Assembly: GCA_964016885.1 (NCBI GenBank)
Contig: OZ024741.1
Span: 284,642,001-284,706,000 of the forward strand
DNA length: 64,000 nt
Source of the DNA: Eledone cirrhosa
Taxonomy: Eukaryota
Reading direction: 5' to 3'
Of the stretch, positions 1-12,603 are shown one piece after another (the stretch's first letter is position 1; each line of letters starts with the position of its first letter). The notes below the pieces were generated by a model. That model searched no databases and was not told the origin of the DNA. It saw only the letters and a program-made list of their open reading frames with translations. Both the position numbers and the translations under genes were made by a program.

Positions 1-3000
1 TAATAGAGCCAAACAAGGCATTTAGTCTTGGCTGCTGGAACGTACGGACGCTGCTTGACAGGGATTTCTTGGAGCGTCCTGAACGAAGGACAGCTCTTGT
101 TGCAAAGGAGCTTCGACGTTACGATCTTGACATCGTGGCCTTATCTGAGACGAGGTTAGCTGGAGATGGTCATCTTACAGAATTTTGTGGAGAATATACA
201 TTCTTCTGGAAAGGAAGAGATGAAGGAACCAGAAGAGAGGCTAGGGTAGGATTTGCTGTTAAGACTGTACTTGTGAATAAATTAGAAGAATTCCCAGTAG
301 GGATTAGTGAACGTCTTATGTCCATGAGAATTCCGCTGGACAAAGGAAGATATGCGACCCTGGTGAGTGTGTATGCTCCAACTATGAATTCTGTCAATGA
401 AGAAAAAGTGTTTTAAGAAATATCCCTCAGGCAGACAAAGTCATCGTGCTTGGTGACTTTAATGCTAGAGTGGGTAGGGATTTTAACACATGGAATGTAA
501 TCGGAAGGCATGGGGTGGGAAAGTGTAACAACAATGGTATGCTCCTGCTGCAGATGTGTGAGGAGCTGGATCTGTGTGTTACCAACACCATGTTCCAACA
601 AAAGAACAAATTCAAGACCACATGGATGCATCCTGCATCTAAGGAATGGCATCTTTTGGACTACGTCCTAGTCAGGATGCGTGACAGACAGGATGTGCAG
701 TGTGTTCGTGTTCTTCGTGGAGCTGAGTGCTGGACGGACCACCGCCTGGTACGCGCAAAAGTGAAACTAATCAATAAACGTAAAATCCGGGCTCCTGGTG
801 TTGCCCTGCCCAAAAGATTGAATGCTGCTCGTCTTAAGGATAAAAATGTGAAGAGGACATTGGAAGAAGAGATGCAGGCTGCAGATCTTGGTGAGGATTG
901 GCCGACCCTTAAAAAGTCGGTTTATGATGTAGGCAGGCGTGTTCTGGGATTGATGCAGAGAAAACATCAGGACTGGTTTAATGAGAATAATGTACATATA
1001 GAAGACTTGTTGGCTGATAAGAGGCGTGCTCTGTCATGCTACTTGACGGCAAAACCACAGGAGAGGAATACGTTGCATGAGGAACTCAAGGATGTAAAAT
1101 CACGTGTTAGGCGGAGTCTTTCTCAGATGAAGGATCAGTGGTGGAGTGAGAAGGCTGGTGAGATACAAACTGCGTCAGATTCCAATAACACAAAGCTGTT
1201 GTACAATCTCTTGCGTGAGGTTTATGGACCGTCTTCTTCTCTGGTGACACCGCTTCGCAGCAAGGATGGCAAAGAACTTCTTCGTGACTCACAAGGAATT
1301 CTACGAAGGTGGCGAGAGCACTTTGATGATCTTTTGAATCAGCCGTCTGTCGTCAGTGAAGATTTCCTCAATCTCATTCCAGAAAGTCCTGTGAAAGTAG
1401 CTCTCGCAGAACCTCCGACGCTTGTGGAGGTTGCAGTAGCTATTTCGAAGCTGAACAGTGGAAGATCTCCAGGTATGGATGGCATACATGCTGAGCTCCT
1501 ACAATATGGTGGTGAGAGACTCCTGCAACATCTTCACTCTTTGTTTGGCAGGATATGGGCTAATGAATCCGTACCTGAGGACTGGAGAGATGCAGTAATG
1601 GTGGTCTTGTACACGGGAAAGGGTAACAGGAATGATTGTGGGAACTACAGAGGTATATCATTGCTTTCTGTCGTAGGGAAAGTTTTATGTAGGGTGCTTC
1701 TGGACCGTCTGCTGACACACATTGCAGATTGTGTTATTCCTGAAAGTCAATCTGGTTTTCGTGCTGGACGCGGAACTACTGATATGATCTTCTCAGCTAG
1801 ACAGCTCCAGAAGAAGTGCATGGAACAAGGCATGGAACTGTAGCAGGTCTTTGTCGATCTGACAAAAGCTTTCGATACTGTTAACAGAGATGCATTATGG
1901 AAGGTTGTCCAGAAACTTGGTTGCCCTGATAAGTTCCTTGCTTTAGTTAGGTCTTTCCATGACGACATGAAGGCTTGGGTTAATGTCGGAGGTAACATGT
2001 CGGAGCCTATCTCAGTAAAAGATGGAGTGAAACAGGGGGATATTCCAGCACCGACTCTGTTTGCCATATACTTTGCAATGGTTTTCTGTATTGCATTCAG
2101 GAATTGCGAGCATGGTGTTTACATCCAATATCGAACCTCAGGCAGCATATTTAACATCAGGCGCTTTGCTGCAAAGACAAAAGTATTTACATCAATCATA
2201 AGAGACCTCTTGTATGCAGATGATTGCGATCTTGTAGCGCACACAGAGAGTGATATGCAGCACATTTTGAATGCATTTTCTGACGCTTGCACTGCCCTAG
2301 GATTGACTGTCAGTCTCAAGAAAACCGTCGTCATGTACCAACCTGCCCCTGGTAAGCAGTACACTGAACCAAATATCTATGTGTATGGTAAAAGACTTGG
2401 AGTGGTTGATCAGTTTGTCTACCTGGGAAGCACTGTCAATCTATACGGCAACCTTGACAGTGAAATCTCACTTAGGATTAGGAAAGCAAGTGATGCTTTC
2501 GGAAAGCTAGAAAGGCGACTCTGGGGTCGGCGAGACATATGCAAGAGGACAAAGGTAAAGGTGTACAAGGCATGTGTGCTCTCTTGTCTTCTTTATGCCT
2601 GCGAGACCTGGGTCACATATCGACACCACCTTAAGCAATTGGAGCGTTTCCATCAGATGTGTCTCAGACAGATCCATGGCGTTCACTGGAGGGACCACAT
2701 CAGTGATGTCGAGATTTTGGAAAGCTCTATGTGTGAAAGTATAGAAGCTCTTGTGTTTAAGCAACGACTCCGTTGGAGTGGTCACCTTGCCAGGATGAAG
2801 GATTCTAGAATACCAAAACAACTCTTTTATGGAGAGTTGGTTAAAGGAAAACGACCGCCACATAAACCAGAAAAGAGGTATAAGGATTCCTTGAAAGCCT
2901 CTCTGAAAGACGCTAACATCTCTGCTGATACATGGGAAAATATTGCTGCTGATCGTAATAAATGGAGAATGAGGGAAAAGTTGCCTTTGAGGCATCTTGA

Positions 3001-3250
3001 ATCGCATACGAGAAAGTAAAGCGGGATGTGAGGAAGGGCATTGCTGTTGCACTTCCAGACGGCGAGGGTCCTCCTATGGTGCTGACATGCAGCATCTGTG
3101 CGAGACTCTGCCTAAGCAAAGCTGGACTCGAAAGTCATCTTCGCAGTCATAAAGTAAGACCAGTGCCTGACTACCAGGCTGCTGTTGGAGATGCTACTCA
3201 TCATGCTTGCCAAACATGTGGTAGAGAATGTAAATCAGCAGGAGGGCACT
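1..3250 (+). mobile_element. RTE-clade LINE (APE endonuclease + RT + C2H2 zinc fingers), near full length but disrupted
   Basis: Motifs WNVRTL, ALSETR, LGDFNARVG, LDYVL, TDHRLV (APE); PGMDGI, YRGISLL, QSGFR, DLTKAFD, GVKQG, LYADD, YLGS (RT); CxxC..H...H fingers at 3028-3250. Contains stops and frameshifts; 3' end cut by another insertion. Confidence 0.95.
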
Positions 3251-3293
3251 ACAAAATTCAGTAACACTACCACAGACCCTCCATCTCAACTCA

Positions 3294-3331
3294 CCTTTTG
3301 AAAAGCAGAAGAACTGCGAAACCGGTAAAGG
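3294..3331 (+). ncRNA. Minimal type I hammerhead ribozyme, U3-A8 core variant
   Basis: CCTT-TTGAAAA-GCAG(aagaa)CTGC-GAAA-CCGG-TA-AAGG: stems I and II pair, stem III is the palindrome ACCGGT. Near-identical copy at 51418. Confidence 0.75.
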
Positions 3332-3344
3332 AACCAAATAAATA

Positions 3345-5693
3345 TATTATTAGTTCTTACTTCCATCAAACAAAATCACAACGGGATGCAAACCCTCTAA
3401 ATACCACTGTAGCAAGCAACCATAGCAACGGCAGTAACAATAGAAATAACACTAGTATAAGTAATAACACCAGGGTTGTCAACCCGAACACCCAAAATCC
3501 TATATCCACCACACAGACTTCCGCATTGCATTATAACCAGCGGACTAACGCACATGATAATTGTAACTGTAGAGCTAATAGAACCTGCCCTTTAGATAAA
3601 AAAATGCCTAACCAAGGATGTCATATACTCATGCACAGTCACGACTAATAACGCTTCAGAAACCTATGTAGGCTCCACTTCTAACTGCTTCAAAATCAGA
3701 TATAACTCGCACATCCACTCGTTCAAAAAGCACAGCCTAGCCAACTCCACCTCACTTTCTAGCTACATACACTATCTAAAATCTAAAAATAAACCATACA
3801 CACTCAAATGGGAAGTGATAGGCAGCGCGACCTCGTACAAACCACCTAATAAATTCTGTAACCTCTGTATACTAGAGACACACAATATTATCTTCTCCAA
3901 CCGTGACCTACTTAACAAAAAATCTGAGGTGTTTGCAACTTGCCAGCACCGCCTCAGACATTCCTTCCAAAACTTTAAGCCCTATATATAGCAATGTCGG
4001 ACTGGAACCTAACACCACATCTAGCATCAAACACCAGAGACACACCCTATACTACATACCCAACACTAGCTGATCCTTTATAACACAAACAACGACATCC
4101 CTCCGGAACCCTTCGCAGGGAAAATACCCATTTATACCTCTACGGCAGCTGTGACAACATCCACCCACTTGAACGGCACTACACCGCTCTAAGGGTAATT
4201 TGAGCATGAATTGATCGGTTGGATAGTGTTGGGCAGAGGAAACACCTTCCTTAGACAGATGTAAAATGATTTAATCGAGTAGCGCTGTTGACCAGTAGGA
4301 CCGGGCTGCTGAGCGCAGTGAGTGAATGCAATGCAACTGCCGTGCGGGTTGTACGTATATGGAGGATCTGACGGTCAGAGAGGGGTCGCGAGGACTGCGG
4401 ATTGACCTTTGGCCTGCCTGGGGACGATTATCTTTCGACATCCAATGTAGCAAGCGATGACCCAGATCTTACCAGAGATCATTGGGTCCTGAAGCAATCC
4501 TGCAGTCACCGCGCCTGGTCATATGAGCAGACTACAACCACAGAGATCATTAATTTAGAATCCTCGCTCATCATCTATAATTTCCATTTGTAGCACCTTA
4601 AGATGGGTTAATCCACCATAATAATATGATCACCTTCAGCATAACTTAGTTAAACTACTCTATAGTTAATACACTTTATACTTTAAAAGTCTCTCTTGGA
4701 AGGTGCACTTCACCATAGAATTTAGGGTCTATATTGGGACACATTTTAATGGCTAGATATAGAAACCCCAGAGTTACCTCCCCGCATGCATTAACTCCCC
4801 TTAGCCACACACACACTTCCGGTATTCAATGGCGTTTCTCGAAACGTAACAACCTCCTGTATCGAACTAAAGAACACCAGACTACGATCTCTAACTGGAT
4901 TGTCGTGGATTATGTGAAAGGCATATAATCGAAATATACACTCCCCTGACCATGAAAATGCCGAAGTACATGAAATACTTGACATCCCTGCGCTGTGTAT
5001 CTCCAATACTTATAACACTTTTAACACTTTTAATGCTTGCACTATCTTTAATGCTTATAATATTTCTCCACACACAAACTATATCAATCATATAAAGATT
5101 TTGCCACCAGATCTACCAACCTAACACTCTTATTTACCTACCTAAGTGCCTCTACCACACATATCTCTCTGCCACACTATATAAACAAGACGCACATGCG
5201 TGCCACACATATAACATTTGCACTATATAACCACTTATCTTCATGTTGTACTTTAACCTATATCTTTGATTTTTGATTGTACCTATTAATATAAATGTAA
5301 TCTCGAAGTGTGTACTGCCACTCTAAATTCTGTAATGAATGTTGACCCACAATGTTTGAATATGTATCAATGTTTGAATATGTATTTGGTATGTCTCTCG
5401 GCTGAAAAGGAGGTCATATAACTGTCCATGCATTAATAAATTGCTTCGAAGAATCCAAACCTCGGTTTGGAGGAAACAGCTGTAAGCACAATAATGTTTT
5501 GAGCAGTTCTTTGATTCTTATATTTCATATAACTGCTCTGTAAATCATCTGATGTTTTTACATTGAGCTACTTAACTTACTGGTAATAAGGTAGTAATAC
5601 ATTACTGCCTACCACTATTTAGGGTGTGTGTAAAATACTTACAACTGCTTAAGGTTTTGTATTTGCATAACCATAAATAGTATAACTAATACT
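3345..5693 (+). mobile_element. 5'-truncated Penelope-like element: GIY-YIG endonuclease remnant, long 3' region and terminal repeat with HHR
   Basis: CNC..CPL linker, then after a frameshift YVGSTSNCFKIRYNSHIHSF..STSLS..W..CNLCILE..LN..E..C.H (about 3560-3990). Ends in (TA)n at 5693. 5329-5693 matches the 507-nt array at 56.6-58.8 kb. Confidence 0.8.
5442..5488 (+). ncRNA. Hammerhead ribozyme (variant core) in PLE terminal repeat
   Basis: TGCT-TCGAAGA-aTCCAAACC(tc)GGTTTGGAg-GAAA-CAGCTG-TA-AGCA. Confidence 0.65.
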
Positions 5694-5713
5694 ATATATA
5701 TATATATATATAT

Positions 5714-6340
5714 AATGTAAACTGAGTTGTATTATACAATTATTTATTACGGAAACAAGTTACATGTTTCATTGACTTTGTGAAATTAACTTTGTCAAGT
5801 TTTCAGTCTGGCCATCACGAAATGGTTGTGTTCGATTATTTCTCTTTAATAGAAGGTTTCTAAAAAAAGGGTAAAACTTTGGAGATAGACATCTAGTTAT
5901 GATAGTGTAAAGGAAAGCAATTTCGCTTTGAACTGTTCGTTTTGTGTGAAAAACAGATAAAATGAGATATAGTGAGAGGTTAGTGTTAATACAGGGAGAG
6001 ATGTACCAGAAGAACGAGTCGGAAAAGGTGGCTTACTGGATGACAGTTACTGGATGTTTTTAAAATTGAAGAGTTTCTAGAAGCTGAGTGTTCCTAAAGA
6101 GAGGCGAAATATATTAAGGACTCGCGTCGGTCGACTGTATGTGAAATTATTAGATGTTCCCAGCTTTTTAGGAGATATTTGGAAATTGTAAGCAGTATTT
6201 GAAGAAGTCCGCCCTCGTATTTGGAAGCTATTTAAGAACGTTCCATCTCTCATCTATGCACAAATTTCACGTCTTCCGTCTGTTTAATGGAAAACTCCCG
6301 TGCCGCTATCTTTGGGGGTTCCCATCTGCCTTGCATATTT
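5714..6340 (-). mobile_element. Highly degenerate PLE 3' end with decayed HHR at 5756-5811
   Basis: Minus strand reads *NLCIDERWNVLK near 6230-6270 (GIY-YIG C-terminal CxLCxxE-like) and CTGAAAA-cTTGAC..GTCAAt-GAAA-CATG-TA. Confidence 0.4.
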
Positions 6341-8050
6341 CGTGGCAGATCACTTACCCGGGTGCCTAAAGGTCATTTCATGGTTAAGAAAATTGTTTTA
6401 TGACCCTACCAATCTACCTCCCAGTTTTTGCAATTTTATCTCAGATCGCTGGATTCCGAATCTTGAGAGTTCAATATTTCACCTTAGAGCCTCACAGAAA
6501 GGAGCAGATATTACAAATTAATTGTTGCATGTAAAACTGTAACGTTTAGCTATCTTTTTTTGTATAAATGTATAAAGAAAATCAAAAAATAAATAAAATT
6601 TAAATATAAATAAAATTTAAATATAAATAAAATTTAAATATAAATAAACCTTTAATGTATAATTTTGATCAAACTTGCAGTGAAGGGCGCTGAATAAATA
6701 TATTCTGTAAACAGTGGGTGGTAGTTAAAAATGTTTGGAAAGAGTGACATGTTTGTTTCTACGAAACTAAATCTAGAATAAGCAACTAAATAGCTAAAAT
6801 GACACAATCCCCAGGCAATATAAACCGATTCTTGTATCACTACACATAAAAGAAATAAAATAAAATTATACAAAGAAAACCGTTTTTAAAAACATGCAAA
6901 AATAGAAATCAAAGAAAAGATTCTGGGAATGGCAATATTTTATATCCGCAATTAAACAAAACTGGTGGTAGAAGACCATTTGCAACATGGATGTATTTGA
7001 ACAACTTTATTGAGGTCATAATCATATTTCATGACACAGTAACAACAAATGATATATTCACATTTATGCAATAAATTCTTTTGTTTTTATTAAATGTTTG
7101 TAAAATCACCCACCATAAACAATAATCAATTGACTAATCGATAAAATGCAACACATTATACTATAACGTAGAAAGAGTCGAACGTCATTAGAACCAGCAA
7201 TATATTATAGAATCCTCATTAATGCCTAAAATGGTTCTTCGTCAGTACCAATGACCAATGTTCCAGTTGTTCGAACAATGAAACAACCTGCTCGTGAAAT
7301 TAAAGAGCAAGTAGCTGATCATTCTACTGTCACATTTAACCATAACGTTATTCAGATACAGTCCGTGCAACGGGCCCTCAAATACTTGCTGTCAGCACAA
7401 TTTCACTCACAATGTCAGAATCGATACCAGGTTTGGTGAACGACGTTTGCCTAAAATGCCACACACACATTCAGTTTAAACACAAACCTTATGATTTTGA
7501 TGTGAGCTTCTTAACCTTATGATTACCCACTTATTTAGGTAATCACAATACTGAAATATATTCTACTCTGGTAAGAATAATTCTGATGTTTTGTGTCATA
7601 CACAGACAATAACAGTAGCAACAAAACAAAAGAACAATAGCAACAGCAACAACAGTAATACCAGCAACAAGAGCAACACGATCATCAAGAACAAAATTTC
7701 AACAACAGATTCCGTTATAACAACAAGAAAAAAGATTGTACAGTATTAGAAATAAATAAAAAAAACAACGTGGTATTATAATCCTAACCCACATAATAAA
7801 AACAACAAACAAAAAAGATAGGCCACAATAAAAAAGAAAATGAAATTCTAAGATGAAAAATAATTTAATCTATACAATGATAATAAACATAAGAACTAAG
7901 ATAAGACAACAATGTTATACGGAATAGTTGTTGAAATCTATATTATTCCACAGTAAGAGATTTCGCTAGAATAATTGTTTTACATTTATCTGTATGTACG
8001 CAGTTGTTTGAGAATTTTTTTTGTTATTATCAACTAGAAGACTTTAAATA

Positions 8051-8232
8051 AATAATTGTTTCTACTTTAGGCACAAGGCCAGCAATTACCCAGTGCATTA
8101 CTGGTACTTTATTTTATCGACTCCGTAAGGATGAAAGGCAAAGTCAACCTCGGGGGGATTTGAACTCAGATCGTAAAGGGACGTAACTATGCTGGAAAGC
8201 ATGGCATCCGACCCTCTACCGATACTGCCAAT
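8051..8232 (-). mobile_element. tRNA-derived SINE family A. Other copies approx. 11914-12010(-), 13570-13725(+), 28015-28125(-), 28200-28370(-), 28410-28598(+), 36630-36820(+), 39230-39372(+), 59143-59272(-)
   Basis: Recurrent B-box-like GAGTTCAAATCCC..GAGGTTGACTTTGCCTTTCATCCT..GTCGATAAAATAAAGTACCAG..GGCCTTGTGCC. Confidence 0.8.
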
Positions 8233-8552
8233 AATACTATGACATTTAACACTACTTTTATTTTGAAATAAATGAAAGTTCAATGATTCATTAAGTATTT
8301 TACAAAATGGCAGCATCAGTGTAACAGTAAACTCCATATTCATCTTATCTATCTGGCTAAGGGAGCCTCTATGTCTGATGTTTTCAGCTGTTAAAAATGG
8401 TAATGACATAGCCTTCAGTTTACATCCACCATTTTATAAAAAAAATTTACATTCGATGCCGTCCTCGATTTCTTAAAATAGGGGGTAACAGCTATGGGAC
8501 GAAGGCCTTTGATCATAGAACTGTTCAGTTAGGGTTGACGGAGTGCATTCTA

Positions 8553-8588
8553 TCTTATGATAAAGGACTAGTGTCCGAAACGTTCAGA
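8553..8588 (+). ncRNA. Degenerate hammerhead-like motif
   Basis: TCT..TGATAAA-GGAC(tagt)GTCC-GAAACGTTC-AGA; the core is imperfect. Confidence 0.35.
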
Positions 8589-9114
8589 CGATTTTCTTAT
8601 TATATAAAGCGTTAAACTAATATATTTCTTCATCGTACTGTGTTATTTGCTTAGCTATTTGTTTACGTTTTACACACACACACACACATATATATAAGTA
8701 AGTATGCATATATACACACATATATACACACATACATATCTCTCTCTCTATATATATACACACACACACATATACATATATATATATATATGTACGCATG
8801 ATAATGTTCGATACGTTTGTAAACAAAGAGCATGATTAGAAGCTGTGCCGTGCCAGTGAACGATTGTCACCTGTTTGTTCAACACTCGCTTTGGGGAAAA
8901 ATTAACATGTTGCTGGCTCATTTCCCTTCATTAGGACTGTATACCTCTCTGCCAATGTGTTGAACGGTTGAAAATATATAGTATTTTCTTAAGTACCCAT
9001 TTCCTGAGTAGTCTCATTTACATACCGAGTGAGTTGCAGCCGGCCTTGCCGAATATCAAAATTCAGATAAGAATTCTTATATATATATATATTCTGGGAC
9101 TTGTGATAAGAATT

Positions 9115-9200
<86 letters not shown>

Positions 9201-9203
<3 letters not shown>

Positions 9204-10060
9204 TGGGACTTGTCTCTTTCTTCATCACTTTCTGTTGCTTAAACTATTTTGTTTGTTTACCCTAGCGTCCCCTTTATTTACGTGTCCCAACGACTTTTTT
9301 TAGCCGTTGCTCGCACCAACCTGAGGTTTATGGTCTTTAAAGCGATGAAATGCCTAGGACGGTTGGAAGACCACCGATGAAGGACAAACTTTTTCATATG
9401 AAACCCATTTGCAACGCCGCAGCTCCATTATTATCATATTTACACATATATTTTTTCCTCTGCTGCTACCCGTCTGTTTCGTTCTTTGTATCTTTACCCT
9501 TTCTAGCAGTCTCTCTCTCTCTGTTAGCCTCTTCCTCACCCTTCACTCACTCATTCTCTGTCACTACCTCTCCTCCTCCTCTTTCTTCCCGTTTGACCTG
9601 TCCGTAATTCTTTCCTCGCACGCTCTTGGCCAAGCCGGTATGAATTTTGTTTTTCTCTCTCTCTCTCTCGTCTGCGACTTCGCAGAACTTATGTTTACCG
9701 AATTCGCAGACCAGACCCCTTCTTCCTCCCGTTAGACCTGTGCGAAATTCCTTCCTTGCTCATATTTTAACCAGGTTTGATGGTCTTTATTCTCTCGTTC
9801 ACGATTTCACCGAATTTATATTCATAGAAATCTGGGACTTGTTTCTTTCTTCATCACTTTCTGTTGCTTAAACCATTTTGTTTGTTTACCCTAGCGTCCC
9901 CTTTATTTACGTGTCCCAACGACTTTTTTTAGCCGTTGCTCGCACCAACCTGAGGTATATGGTCTTTAAAGCGATGAAATGCCTAGGACGGTTGGAAGAC
10001 CACTGATGAAGGACAAACCTTTTCATATGTAACCCATTTGCAACGCCGCAGCTCCATTAT
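9201..10060 (+). repeat. Insert of about 1.4 tandem copies of a 629-nt unit within (TA)n; dispersed copy at about 42697-43208 (-)
   Basis: 9202-9434 repeats at 9831-10063; reverse-complement match at 42.7-43.2 kb. Confidence 0.85.
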
Positions 10061-10423
10061 TATATATATATATATATATATAAAATATTAAAAATATTAA
10101 AAATAATATTTTTAATATTTTATCTTGACTCTGTATTCCGTTTATCTTTCACCGAAAGTGATTTTTCATTGCATCTCTTCTTTCCATGATATCCGGATTA
10201 CATTGAGTTCTTCATACGGATTGGACACTACCGTAAACTCTTGGTAGATTTATCTACATATATATATATATATATATATATTAGAATTGGTGCTCTGAAA
10301 TAACGATGTATATATGTGTTCAACAAACAAAGGGAGATAAGTTGACAGATCTCTGTTCCTGATTATTACTGGAATTCTATAAGAATCCAACATTTATAAT
10401 TTTCAACAGGCAAAGGGGAGTGC

Positions 10424-10471
10424 TAAGCTCTGACGAATACCAACAGTATGAAACAGAGATCTGTCAGCTTA
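10424..10471 (+). ncRNA. Canonical type I hammerhead ribozyme
   Basis: TAAGCT-CTGACGA-ATAC(caaca)GTAT-GAAA-CAGA(ga)TCTG-TC-AGCTTA; GUC cleavage predicted after 10465. Confidence 0.9.
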
Positions 10472-10615
10472 TCTCCCTTTGTTTGTTGAAAAAAGAAGTA
10501 AGTGACATAGTCACTACTTTAAAGCAATAGCGTAAGGTCTTCAAAATGCTTTTAATTAAGTATACAGTGTAATGCCAAATACACTATATATACATTCATA
10601 TATATATATACACAT

Positions 10616-10698
10616 ACAGAGTGTACCCCCAAAATGTATACACACTTCAACAAGATTCTAATTAAAGTGTGCATACATTTTTTGGGGATACCTTTTAT
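10616..10698. mobile_element. Tiny Tc1-like palindromic MITE; related single terminal inverted repeat (TIR) at 36571-36610
   Basis: TA-CAGAGTGTACCCCCAAAATGTATACACACTT ... AAGTGTGCATACATTTTTTGGGGATACC inverted pair. Confidence 0.55.
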
Positions 10699-11244
10699 AT
10701 ATGCGTGTTTGTGTGTGTGTGTGTTTGTGTAAACACGCACAAATATTTATTGCTAGCTATAAAGATACCATATTCATATAGACACAGTGAATAGCACACT
10801 GCTAGAAAGACTCTAAACAGTCTGATCGACCAGTAGACTAATAGATATATATGAGGAAAATCTGTTATGAGCAATATTTATGGAATGCTGGACTAATTAC
10901 ACTGAATCACTGTTGGGAAAAAGAAACACAAAAAAGCCCCCCCCCCCCCCCGAAAAAAAAAAACAAAAAAAAAAAAACAGAAAAGAAAAAACGAATTCCA
11001 TTAAACTAAAAACTTTGATAAATATGGATAATTATCAAATATTTTGTTTTCATAAATCAGTTGTTATTTTGGTAGACTTGTAATTGAATATTTGAGAGAA
11101 TGTAAAGTATTTTGTCAGCTGCTGCAAGTTATGTCACCTATTCTGATAGTTATTAATAAGAAAAGTTGCCCTGCTGGCGCTTTTCCACTTAAATCATGAT
11201 ATATATAAAGTATAAGGAAAAGAAATTGAAAATACACTAGGAGT

Positions 11245-11582
11245 CTTTTAAGAATATTTATTTTTTAACTTTACCGGTTTCACAGTTCTTATGAATTTCA
11301 AAATTAGATTTGAGATGGAAGGTTTGTGTTTCTGTTGTGCTTTGTCTTACATCTGGTTTGTATTCTAAAGTTATTTCTGTTTCATGTGGAAAGAGTGACT
11401 CGAATTGGTGACTTTTTTTTATTTTAAAATCTTAAAAAAATACTTTTAACCCCCCCCCCCCCCCCCATCACACACACACAATCGAGTCACTCTTTCCACA
11501 GAAAACAGTAAGAACTTTTGAACACGGTCCAGGTGCGAGAGAAAATACAACAGAAACACAAACCCTCCATCTCAATTTTACT
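11245..11582. mobile_element. Divergent fragments of the PLE terminal-repeat family seen at 3270-3345 and 51390-51470; decayed HHR at 11267-11305 (-)
   Basis: ACACAAACCCTCCATCTCAA motif occurs in both orientations; minus strand reads TTGAAAT..GAAACCGGTA. Confidence 0.6.
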
Positions 11583-11584
11583 TA

Positions 11585-11632
<48 letters not shown>

Positions 11633-11743
11633 TATATATATATATATATATTTGATGAAAACATGTCAAAGGGTTATATAACCACTCTGACACCTTATAA
11701 TAAATAAGCGAGACGGTTTTATTCATACATCTTCATTTTATTA

Positions 11744-11807
11744 CATTATACGTATTTCAAAGGTGTCAGAGTGGTTATATAACCCTCTGACATGTTTTCA
11801 TCAGATG
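11744..11807 (-). ncRNA. Hammerhead ribozyme with extended stem II
   Basis: CAT-CTGATGA-AAAcaTGTCAGAG-GGTT(atat)AACCa-CTCTGACAccTTT-GAAA-TACGTA-TA-ATG. Confidence 0.8.
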
Positions 11808-12087
11808 GTGTTAGATGTATTTTCCTATTCATTGATATATTACTGGTGTCTCGTGGTGTTTACATCGCAAACCAGTACCCATATGATCAGCCAATTTTCA
11901 CTAACTGAACAATAATAATTGCTTCTACTTTTGGCACAAGGCCAGCAATTACCCAGTACATTACTGATACTTTATTTCATCGATCCCCGCAAGGATGAAA
12001 GGCAAAATTAACTGAATAATAATAATAATACACAAACACACACACAGACACACATACATACAGTCATATATATATATATATATATAC

Positions 12088-12124
<37 letters not shown>

Positions 12125-12135
12125 GAGAGAAAGAA

Positions 12136-12221
<86 letters not shown>

Positions 12222-12278
12222 TTCTACAGGACTAGATTCAACTGGGAATAACTTATATATATATATATATGTATACAT

Positions 12279-12490
12279 TGCGAATCCAATTCTTTAACCA
12301 CTCAGTGCCGCGCCTTCACAACCTCACGGTTGTGATTTCGATTCCCGGACTGGGTGATGCGTTATGTTCTTGAACAAGACACTTTATTTCACATTGCTCT
12401 TTCTGTCTTGAGTTGCGACCGATAGATAATATTAGCAATTGGAAAGACCAATGGAAATATTGTTTCTTCGGTCCGACTTGACGAGCTCCA
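12279..12490 (+). mobile_element. tRNA-derived SINE family B, this copy with an inverted 5' head; other copies 38025-38243(-) and 20350-20470(-)
   Basis: TTCGATTCCCGGAC..GCGTTATGTTCTTGAACAAGACACTTTATTTCAC shared with the reverse complement of the 38.1 kb copy. Confidence 0.7.
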
Positions 12491-12535
12491 CCCCACTCCT
12501 TAACTAAATGTGTTCTGGGATCTGGTTGATCGACT

Positions 12536-12603
<68 letters not shown>

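Noticed and set aside
7226-7450. Minus-strand frame with four in-frame TGA near Cys residues (selenoprotein P-like)
   Set aside because: No convincing SECIS was found by eye downstream and other frames are equally plausible. A SECISearch run on the minus strand of 6500-7230 would settle it.
9315-9420. Hammerhead in the 629-nt unit
   Set aside because: CTGAGG/CTGATGA and GAAA pieces are present, but no consistent stem II, stem III and NUH site could be built.
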